In this document: piece after piece, positions 56,582-63,198 of the stretch | How the letters are laid out: the number at the start of each line of letters is the position of its first letter | Position numbering within the stretch: position 1 is the first letter of the stretch | Virus record (IMG/VR): IMGVR_UViG_3300028146_000011 | Location: 1 to 63,198 of that record | Direction: 5' to 3' (one strand) | Source: a virus | Lineage: Duplodnaviria; Caudoviricetes | DNA: 63,198 nucleotides | Notes under the pieces: model-generated | Databases searched by the model: none | Told to the model about the DNA's origin: nothing | Seen by the model: the letters and a program-made list of their open reading frames with translations, nothing else | Program-made: the position numbers and the translations under genes

Positions 56582-57904
56582 ATGGCAAAGAAACAGACAG
56601 CAGAAGCGGTGAGTCCCGACGTGATTCAGCGCGTACCCCCGTCAGTGCTGATCGGTGACGAAAACAGCCGATTTGGACTGAAGGCCAACCGCATTGAGAC
56701 GATGAAGCAGGCGATTCTGGCGCAGGGTGGCATCTTAGTGCCGCTCGAAGTCGTTGCCCTGGCGAGTGCCGTCAATGGTGCAAAGTACCGCATCGAGGAC
56801 GGCCACTACCGGCACGCGGCTGCGTTGGAGTTGTCCAAAGAGTTTGACGGTATTGACTGTCCGGTTATCGTTCGGACACCTCAAGCCGATGAGACTCCGC
56901 TGAAACGGCTCATGCGGCAGACGGCCATCAACATGGAACGTGAAGCGCTCTCCCCGATGGATATCGCAGTCGCCATCAAACAGATGTACGACGGCGGCAT
57001 CCCCCGGCAGGAGATCCGCAACTTGTTCCAGCGTCCTGGTGGTCGCAAGGGCAATAAGGTCCAGCAACTCAGCAACTCGATGATGAACATCTACATGTCT
57101 TTCCTGGACTTCCCCAAGGACATCCAGGCGAAGATTCACGATGGCATCATCGGCGTTGCGGCGGCGTACAAGCTGTCAACAAAGCCTGCTGAGAAGTGGG
57201 CTGAGATCGTGGCCGAATGTGAGGCAGAGCGTGAAGAGGAACTGAAGGCAGACGAGCAGCGTGAAGAACGCTATCTGTCTGAAGTCAAGAAGGGCGAGGA
57301 GCGCGAAGCCAAGCAGAAGGAGTTGGAGCTTGCCGCCGTCGCTGCGCAAACCGCTGTGGACGAGAAGGCTAAGCTGGCCGACGAGAAGATCAAGGCTGAG
57401 GCTGATGCGTTGGCCGCTCTCCGCAAGGGCGCTGCTGACAATGAGGCCAAGAAGAAGCTGGAGGAACACTCGGCGGCAGCTAAGGCTGATTCGGTCGCGG
57501 CGGTGAAGGCGCTCGAAGACGCCAAGAAGGAAGCGGAGAAGGCTGCTAAGAAGCTGGAGACTGTCCGCGAGGAAGCCGCGAAGCGTGCGGCTAAGCTGGC
57601 GGAAGCTCGTGCGGCGGCGGCCAACAAGAAGGCTCCGGCTCCTGACAAGGCTCCGGCTCCCATCGGTGCTGGGCAAGTGGACCGTGCGGCTAACAAGCTG
57701 GGCGGCTCTACTCTGGTGAAGCTCACTGCTCAGCAGATGCGGCAAGCGGTACACGACTGGACGCTGCCCGGCTCCTTCCCCAAGGTGCAGGCACTCGCCC
57801 AGGTCATTATGAAGTGCTTCGACTCCGAGTTGACCCCGGCTCAGGCGTACACTGAGTTGGGCAAGCTCACGGGCGAAGCGAAACCCACAACCAAAAAGAA
57901 GTAG
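56582..57904 (+). CDS. ParB/Srx-domain protein with HTH-like region and long Ala/Lys/Glu coiled coil
   Basis: N.RF, AI..QGGILVPL.V, YRIEDGHYRHAA (GxxR motif), N..RE.LSPMD.A; monocistronic. Confidence 0.85.
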   Translation: MAKKQTAEAVSPDVIQRVPPSVLIGDENSRFGLKANRIETMKQAILAQGGILVPLEVVALASAVNGAKYRIEDGHYRHAAALELSKEFDGIDCPVIVRTPQADETPLKRLMRQTAINMEREALSPMDIAVAIKQMYDGGIPRQEIRNLFQRPGGRKGNKVQQLSNSMMNIYMSFLDFPKDIQAKIHDGIIGVAAAYKLSTKPAEKWAEIVAECEAEREEELKADEQREERYLSEVKKGEEREAKQKELELAAVAAQTAVDEKAKLADEKIKAEADALAALRKGAADNEAKKKLEEHSAAAKADSVAAVKALEDAKKEAEKAAKKLETVREEAAKRAAKLAEARAAAANKKAPAPDKAPAPIGAGQVDRAANKLGGSTLVKLTAQQMRQAVHDWTLPGSFPKVQALAQVIMKCFDSELTPAQAYTELGKLTGEAKPTTKKK

Positions 57905-57920
57905 CACAGACCGACCGACT

Positions 57921-57951
57921 AGGGGCGGCTCAGAGATGGGCCGCCCTTTTT
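57921..57951 (+). terminator. Rho-independent terminator after the ParB-like gene
   Basis: GGGCGGCTC...GGGCCGCCC followed by TTTTT. Confidence 0.85.
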
Positions 57952-58026
57952 GTTTCCTAATGCGGCCACTGTAATGATTACGGTGAGTGTTCCTAAGCCA
58001 CTAACGCAGAAGGGGAAAGAGGTGTT

Positions 58027-58302
58027 ATGTATTTGACATCAGGTCAAGTCTTACTGTTCTGTGCGCTCCTCTGGGCCGTGTTGCTCCTGTGGCCTAAGAT
58101 GGGTGCTGCATTTGGGTCGCTGCTAACACGCCACTCGTGGGCCTTGCAGCGGCTCTACGCTCATCTGGGGCGTGGTCTGGCCGCGTACAGTGAGCGTATC
58201 CAGCGGAGGATCAACTATCCCGAGGTGTCATTTGAGTATGACCTGGAGGGTGAGAACCGTGTGGATGCAGCACTTAAGGAGGTGACCAGACGGGGACTGT
58301 AA
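58027..58302 (+). CDS. Small membrane-anchored protein
   Basis: GAGGT RBS; N-terminal hydrophobic helix. Confidence 0.55.
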   Translation: MYLTSGQVLLFCALLWAVLLLWPKMGAAFGSLLTRHSWALQRLYAHLGRGLAAYSERIQRRINYPEVSFEYDLEGENRVDAALKEVTRRGL

Positions 58303-58305
58303 TGA

Positions 58306-58671
58306 TTACACGCCGTCAGGTGGGGGGCTAAACAGCTTGCGGTCTGCAATCTGCTTGTTTAGCTCCTCGCGTGTCTTAGTGGTCGTTAGTCTGTTGCGCT
58401 CTCCCACGATGTTTCGTAGAGCACAGAACAGTAGATCCCATAGACCGCGAGTGGTTCTGTTGAACCCCTGCACGTTCCCAGTGCGCCACGTATTACCTTT
58501 TGGCCAGTAGTGACCGCCGTACACTCCACCCCACAGTCTTACCTCATAGTCACCGAGATCCCCGCTACTCTGCACAGTAGTTCGCACGGTGTTGTTGATC
58601 TCTGCTCGTGCAAACTCTTGTGCTCGTGACTCATCCCCACCCGGCCACATCTCCACTTTAATAACGATCAT
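58306..58671 (-). CDS. Phage hypothetical protein (MIVIKVEMWP.G type)
   Basis: Recurrent phage motif. Confidence 0.6.
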   Translation of the reverse strand: MIVIKVEMWPGGDESRAQEFARAEINNTVRTTVQSSGDLGDYEVRLWGGVYGGHYWPKGNTWRTGNVQGFNRTTRGLWDLLFCALRNIVGERNRLTTTKTREELNKQIADRKLFSPPPDGV

Positions 58672-58981
58672 GGTCGTCTCTTCTCTGTGCGTGCCTACCT
58701 TTGCCGTCCCCGCTCTTTCTCTCTCCTCTCGGCTTGTCCACAGCGATTCTCGCCGCAATGGGCCGCCCCATAAACTCCATACCGTTGATCCTGTCAATGC
58801 ACTCGTCCCTACCCTCATCGGACGAGAACTCCACGAATCCAAAGCCCTTAGACCGTCCATTATCCTTGTCAGTCACGATGCTAACCTTGGTGGGCCGTGC
58901 TGTCACGTTCCGCATAACAAGGTCTGTGATGTCGTCTGCCGTCGCTCTGTACGACAGGTTTGCGATAAACACTTGGCTCAT
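58658..58981 (-). CDS. RRM (RNP-1) RNA-binding protein
   Basis: RNP2 VFIANL, RNP1 KGFGFVEF, ING.EFMGR.I. Confidence 0.92.
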   Translation of the reverse strand: MSQVFIANLSYRATADDITDLVMRNVTARPTKVSIVTDKDNGRSKGFGFVEFSSDEGRDECIDRINGMEFMGRPIAARIAVDKPRGERKSGDGKGRHAQRRDDHDRY

Positions 58982-59163
58982 TGTTGTCTCTCCGGTTGTC
59001 TAACTACACTTATCTCAATTGTCCCGTGAACTGATACCGCCCGTATTGAGTGCTGTTCGCATTGGTCACATGTGAACCCAAATCTCTGATACATGTTGGA
59101 CCAAATCACGTACACCTTGTGACCTAGTGGGCATGTGATGTACTCCGCTTTCTCATTCGGCAT
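58978..59163 (-). CDS. Small Zn-ribbon-like protein
   Basis: CPLGH...CDQC. Confidence 0.5.
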   Translation of the reverse strand: MPNEKAEYITCPLGHKVYVIWSNMYQRFGFTCDQCEQHSIRAVSVHGTIEISVVRQPERQQ

Positions 59164-59408
59164 AGTGTCACCTGTAATCATTACACTTTGGCAAGTTCCC
59201 ACGGCTATGTGCTGTGGAGGTTGTGAAGACGCCCCCAGCGGCCCCGAGGCCAGCGTGCAATCTTGCCCTCATTTATAAGTGCAACCGGCCTCATGATTTA
59301 CCCAATCACGTTATTTGTAAGTGGCCGGTTGGTACGCAGACAGTGCTCTGTAGTCCTCGGTGGCACGCCGTTACCGTTGCTTCCCGCCGTTAGACGCCCA
59401 CCTCATAG

Positions 59409-59933
59409 CTAACTCTCCTCTCTAGACGGCTGAATAGGTACAGCAACCGTCAGCAGCTTTGAAAGTAGTTCGCGTAGTCGGCTGGCGTGTGGAGTTTGGC
59501 TGTCAAGAGCGTCTAACACACTCCAAGACCACCTGCACACTACAACACCCTGCAACCTTAGTCTGGGCACTTGGAAGGTGGCTAGTCCAATCACACACAT
59601 CACGCATACCACGACAACCAATGTCCCAAGCATTATGCGCTGGAATCTACCAAGTGGTTCAATACGGCGGATGTTTCTTACCCCCTCTGCACTTCGTGTA
59701 GAGTAATCAGGTAGAGAGAAGAACACCCTCGCCACTGATGTTAGTAGGCACATGCCAGCTAACCAGTAGAAGGATTTAGCTCTCGCTGAGTCGAGAGTAT
59801 AAGTGAACCAGCACACAGCGCAGACTGCGGCGGATATTCTAGCCTGTTGGTCAGCATTGAGTCCCACTAGTGAGTGTACCCAGTCAGATACGATCTGCAT
59901 TCTATCTAGAATCCAGTCATCTATGGCTGTCAT
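59409..59933 (-). CDS. Multi-pass membrane protein
   Basis: Three to four hydrophobic segments. Confidence 0.5.
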   Translation of the reverse strand: MTAIDDWILDRMQIVSDWVHSLVGLNADQQARISAAVCAVCWFTYTLDSARAKSFYWLAGMCLLTSVARVFFSLPDYSTRSAEGVRNIRRIEPLGRFQRIMLGTLVVVVCVMCVIGLATFQVPRLRLQGVVVCRWSWSVLDALDSQTPHASRLRELLSKLLTVAVPIQPSREES

Positions 59934-60069
59934 TTTATGACTCCCCATTGAAACATTTGATCCTCAGTCCAGCCGGGAAACATCCGGCTCAATTCTGACC
60001 GTGGAACCTGTACACAGTAGTCTGGATATGTGGGCGAACAGTACGTCACGGTCGTCGTAGTCGCCACCA

Positions 60070-60477
60070 CTAAAAAGTCCCTGTCTGTTGTGGAAACGGC
60101 CCACTCGGGTTAGATCCACTGACAGTGAACGGGCACAAGCTATTAGCACACGGACCTATCAGTATCGTGACCGTGTAGCCTAGACGCGACCAATTGACAG
60201 CGGTGAGTCCCGCAGTTGGTATCGGATTGGTAGGCGAGATGATGTACGTGTTTACTGGGTCGCTCCAGTTCCACGTTGACCAAGGTGCAGCGAGAGTAAA
60301 CAGGATGTTCTTGGATGCAGTTGGTGCTGCGTCACCTCTCACTGTTAGTATGAACGGCCCTGACTGCACGGTTACGCTTGTGGCGCTACCGGCTGTAGGC
60401 TGTACTCCAGGTACGATCGTGATGCCGTCAGCGGCCCAAGCTGACATGGAAAGGGCTAAAACTATGACTAGTTTCAT
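60070..60477 (-). CDS. Secreted protein with signal peptide
   Basis: MKLVIVLALSMSAWA|AD; Cys pair. Confidence 0.65.
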   Translation of the reverse strand: MKLVIVLALSMSAWAADGITIVPGVQPTAGSATSVTVQSGPFILTVRGDAAPTASKNILFTLAAPWSTWNWSDPVNTYIISPTNPIPTAGLTAVNWSRLGYTVTILIGPCANSLCPFTVSGSNPSGPFPQQTGTF

Positions 60478-60486
60478 CTGTTTACC

Positions 60487-60762
60487 TCAATCGGTTGATA
60501 TGCACTGAAAGAACTTTAGGCTGTCTGGGCACTCGTCCCACCCTCCACGCCCTATGACTCTAGTTGCCGCCTCTATGAACGCTTCACGGCTGGTGTAGCC
60601 GGTGACTACAAACCACTGACCTGCCATTTGGAATCTATGGCCGATTGGCTCTTGTTCTGGACCGACTGATGTAGGCACGATGCCTACGGCTGCCATCTCT
60701 TTGGCATATGATAACCCCACGTCATTAGGGCTGTCGAAATGTACACCCACTTGTAAGATCAT
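60487..60762 (-). CDS. Hypothetical protein
   Basis: GAGG RBS. Confidence 0.5.
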   Translation of the reverse strand: MILQVGVHFDSPNDVGLSYAKEMAAVGIVPTSVGPEQEPIGHRFQMAGQWFVVTGYTSREAFIEAATRVIGRGGWDECPDSLKFFQCISTD

Positions 60763-61082
60763 GCGTTCCTCTTCTCGAACTCCTCAATGAACCTCTCAGC
60801 GGCATTGAAGGCTGTAGGTGTGTCGTGTACTGGATTGCGCAGCTTGAATAACAAGGCTACAATTCCAATGACATACGGTCGCGCCTCTTTAAACGTCTTC
60901 TTGTCGGCTTCAGTCATTGCTTACCCTCACATTCTCTGCATCTCAGCATCCAGTACGTAGGCTCTTTGTCGTCTAGTATCCGCTGGATGTGTCCGCATTC
61001 AAGGGTCACATCATAGTGGTCAACGTCCACCTGCACTACGTTGACTACTCTACGGCTTACATAGACTTCTGGCATACAGCCT

Positions 61083-61268
61083 TTACAGGTCGCCTAACTC
61101 AACGGTGAGCTTAGATGTGCCCACATTATTAAAGGTGTACTCCCAGCACTTCATGCCATCAGGAGGAAAGGGGCCAAAAAGCACTTCCTCTTTCTTCTCT
61201 CCTAGCTCATCTTCTCGCTCCACCCATAAGTAGATCTTATTGGGTGGTGTAAACTCAGTATTCGCCAT
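61083..61268 (-). CDS. Hypothetical protein
   Basis: Overlaps the upstream gene. Confidence 0.5.
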   Translation of the reverse strand: MANTEFTPPNKIYLWVEREDELGEKKEEVLFGPFPPDGMKCWEYTFNNVGTSKLTVELGDL

Positions 61269-61788
61269 TCTCGTCCTCTTCCTTCTCGTCGGGCTTCTGA
61301 ATGCGCAGTGTATAGCTGGGCTTGCCGTACTTCACACAGGCGCTCTTAATGCTGTGGATCTGCTCATCCTTCAGCCCTGCCGCAAGTAGAGCGTTAACTA
61401 GGTCAATCTCTTTGATGGTGACGCGGCCATCTGTGGCATAGTAGTTGATCGTCCAGCCTTCCCACAGTGCTCTGCTCACCTTGTTCTTACCAAGTATGTC
61501 CTTGATTCTCCGCGTGAGGGGCTTGCGCTCTCGTTTTGCTACTATCTCGGCTTCGGCCAGTTCACGCTCCTTAGTCAAATAGCGCACTAGCTCAAGCTGA
61601 GTCTTGCGGTCAGTGATGATAGCCGTAAGCTCCGGTACCGTCTCCTCTTCCTTAGAGGGTGGCGGCGTAATGGGTGGCTCTGGTGGCTTGACTCTCTTCA
61701 CTGACGCTTTGAGCCGGTCCTCAATGCTCATCTCATGGGGCACAGGAGGAGGTGTAGGTGGTTCGGGAATAGTCTTGCGCGTAATCAT
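61255..61788 (-). CDS. Hypothetical protein with Pro-rich N-terminus
   Basis: Start ATG supplied by the palindrome variant at 61780. Confidence 0.6.
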   Translation of the reverse strand: MITRKTIPEPPTPPPVPHEMSIEDRLKASVKRVKPPEPPITPPPSKEEETVPELTAIITDRKTQLELVRYLTKERELAEAEIVAKRERKPLTRRIKDILGKNKVSRALWEGWTINYYATDGRVTIKEIDLVNALLAAGLKDEQIHSIKSACVKYGKPSYTLRIQKPDEKEEDENGEY

Positions 61789-62216
61789 TACACTTCTCCT
61801 TGTGGTAACGCAGCAGGCTCCTGCACGATTGGGGTAAATGTGGGCAGCCGTTTGACAACTGCCGCCATTACTTCCTCGATATCAAGGCCATCCCCTCGGT
61901 TGTCAATTGCGTGGTTGAGTGCTGCGATGCTCCCCAGCCCCAGTTGTACCCACCTCAAGCAGGCGAGAGCCACGTCAGCCCTTCTGTTGCACACGTCTGA
62001 AAATAGCATCCAGATGCGTGGACCATAGATAGCGTGGGTATCAAGTGACAATAGAGGTGCTACGGCCCCCAGCATAGACTGCGGGTCAACGGTAGGGTTT
62101 GCCATTGCCATCTCCATGCAGGCACTCACCGCTCCTGGGTTGCCTTCAGATATCTTCTCGATTGCAGAAATAGGCGTGTCGCTCAATTCGATTCGTTCAT
62201 GGTGTCTCACGTTCAC
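61788..62216 (-). CDS. Phage hypothetical protein (SEGNPGA...IYG..IW.L..DVC type)
   Basis: Recurrent phage motif; AAGGAG RBS. Confidence 0.65.
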   Translation of the reverse strand: MNVRHHERIELSDTPISAIEKISEGNPGAVSACMEMAMANPTVDPQSMLGAVAPLLSLDTHAIYGPRIWMLFSDVCNRRADVALACLRWVQLGLGSIAALNHAIDNRGDGLDIEEVMAAVVKRLPTFTPIVQEPAALPQGEV

Positions 62217-62222
62217 TCTCCT

Positions 62223-62741
62223 TTATGCTTTTTCTTTCGATAGTTGAGACTTGAGAGCGTGGTCGTGCATAAGCTCATCAAGAGCCTCTGAGTAGTTGGC
62301 TAGTTCAAGTCGGCCAAAGCCTTTAGTGCTCAGCTTTAGTTCCTCTAGCTGTTTGGTTGCCTTCTCCATCTGCTTCCTAGCTGCAATGAACGCCTCCAGC
62401 ACAGCACGGCATCCAGGAGTGTCAGGTACGACGTGCCTTAGAATTTTATCTTTGGGTATTCCAGTCAGTAGGAAGTCTTTGCTTGTACGGTTGATGCCGG
62501 TGAGGACGGCTTTATGCACTGTATTACCGTCCTCGTCACTACTAAAGTATGATTGCTTGGTCATGAGTCCAAGCACAGGGAGTGACAGCTTGCGCTTAGC
62601 TTCTGGAGTGAGAGCCTTGTCGATGAGGAGCTTCACAGCATCCAGACTGTCAGCAGATACAGTAGCCTCTTCGAGTACGCCAACAAACTTACCGCTGCTC
62701 TCTACCTGGATCTCGATGCCTTTATGTGTGAACAGTGCCAT
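62223..62741 (-). CDS. Hypothetical protein
   Basis: AAGGA RBS. Confidence 0.6.
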   Translation of the reverse strand: MALFTHKGIEIQVESSGKFVGVLEEATVSADSLDAVKLLIDKALTPEAKRKLSLPVLGLMTKQSYFSSDEDGNTVHKAVLTGINRTSKDFLLTGIPKDKILRHVVPDTPGCRAVLEAFIAARKQMEKATKQLEELKLSTKGFGRLELANYSEALDELMHDHALKSQLSKEKA

Positions 62742-62895
62742 TACTTTCTTCCTTATTTAATGTCAACTTCCCAGGCTCCTCAACTGTAATGATTACACGG
62801 TCGCCTTCCTTCAGACCTGATGCAGCTAACACCTGTGCTGTCAGCGTAACCACTACGCTGCATGAGGAGCGGCGAACTTTGACGATTGCTCTCAC
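62722..62895 (-). CDS. AbrB/MazE/SpoVT-like swapped-hairpin DNA-binding protein
   Basis: VKVRRSSCSVVVTLTAQVLAASGLKEGDRVIITVEEPGKLTL. Confidence 0.7.
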   Translation of the reverse strand: MRAIVKVRRSSCSVVVTLTAQVLAASGLKEGDRVIITVEEPGKLTLNKEESNGTVHT

Positions 62896-63077
62896 CGCTG
62901 TCCTGGTGCCTCCACAACGCCCTCGATAGATGCCGCAAGCCATCCAGGACGTCTCAGTCGGAGATTGTTGAAGTAGTTAAGAGCATTGTCCCGTGACGTG
63001 GCGTATACGTCTTCCGTGTGCCATCCAGTCACGGAGTAGGCTTGACTGCACTGCGCGGTGATGTAGAAGTGTTTCAT
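62892..63077 (-). CDS. Hypothetical protein, first gene after the 63090..63118 promoter
   Basis: GTGA overlap with the AbrB-like gene. Confidence 0.5.
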   Translation of the reverse strand: MKHFYITAQCSQAYSVTGWHTEDVYATSRDNALNYFNNLRLRRPGWLAASIEGVVEAPGQR

Positions 63078-63198
63078 ATAGCTACAACTATCTTAAGCTA
63101 CATGTGCCTATTTGTCAACATGTAATTATTACGTTTTTCGCCTGAGTGCCTTACGTGCTCTTTCGATCATGGTCTTAGGTGCTGGCCTATGCGCGTCT
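63052..63198. repeat. Terminal direct repeat / circular overlap, right copy
   Basis: Matches 1..146; this copy keeps ORF 62892..63077 in frame. Confidence 0.95.

Larger units (their letters stand above)
69..63133. repeat. Dispersed 13-bp palindrome TGTAAT-N-ATTACA (putative protein-binding site), about 46 copies
   Basis: Perfect copies start at 1807,3017,5301,8373,10282,12023,12655,13840,15449,17950,21313,22444,24866,26841,28111,30241,30980,32205,33024,33900,35862,38118,38655,40829,42943,47204,48406,48553,49936,50307,50686,51013,51443,51804,54440,55963,56446,58298,59173,62785. One-mismatch copies at 69 (=63121),19552,43933,54635,57970,61780. Found by manual scan, so a few may be missed. Confidence 0.97.

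Noticed and set aside
57176-57907. Long antisense ORFs (for example 57176..57907, 38232..38819, 28084..28656)
   Set aside because: These are shadows of strongly codon-biased genes on the opposite strand, with no RBS or motifs

Overview
The window looks like a complete, circularly permuted genome of a tailed dsDNA phage, about 63.05 kb. The first 146 nt recur at the end with a 1-nt indel. It has podovirus-like organisation: no tape measure, and the order portal - scaffold - major capsid - adaptor/nozzle - ejection-like proteins. Modules: (i) a leftward replication/recombination block (DinG-like helicase, PD-(D/E)XK nuclease, Sak4-like ATPase, macrodomain, ERCC4 nuclease, and a family A DNA polymerase split into a UDG+3'-5' exonuclease gene and a polymerase gene); (ii) a divergent XRE/Cro-like switch; (iii) a six-gene glycosyltransferase/methyltransferase cluster including a PLOD-like GT; (iv) a leftward virion operon with a split large terminase and several Cys-rich fibre/spike-like proteins that carry Sec-type signal peptides; (v) a mostly non-coding, structure-rich hinge at about 50-52 kb; (vi) a rightward early-type region with hairpin-gated RBSs, a DUF932-like gene and a ParB-like gene; (vii) a leftward block of small genes (RRM, AbrB-like). 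The strongest unexplained signal is a 13-bp palindrome, TGTAAT-N-ATTACA. I counted by eye 40 perfect and 6 one-mismatch copies over the whole genome, never more than about 3.3 kb apart. The motif sits inside genes as the peptide V-I/M-I-T and at gene ends as the stop codon. This suggests a genome-wide protein-binding (marking, organising or silencing) system. All protein assignments come from motif recognition by eye; no database searches were run.
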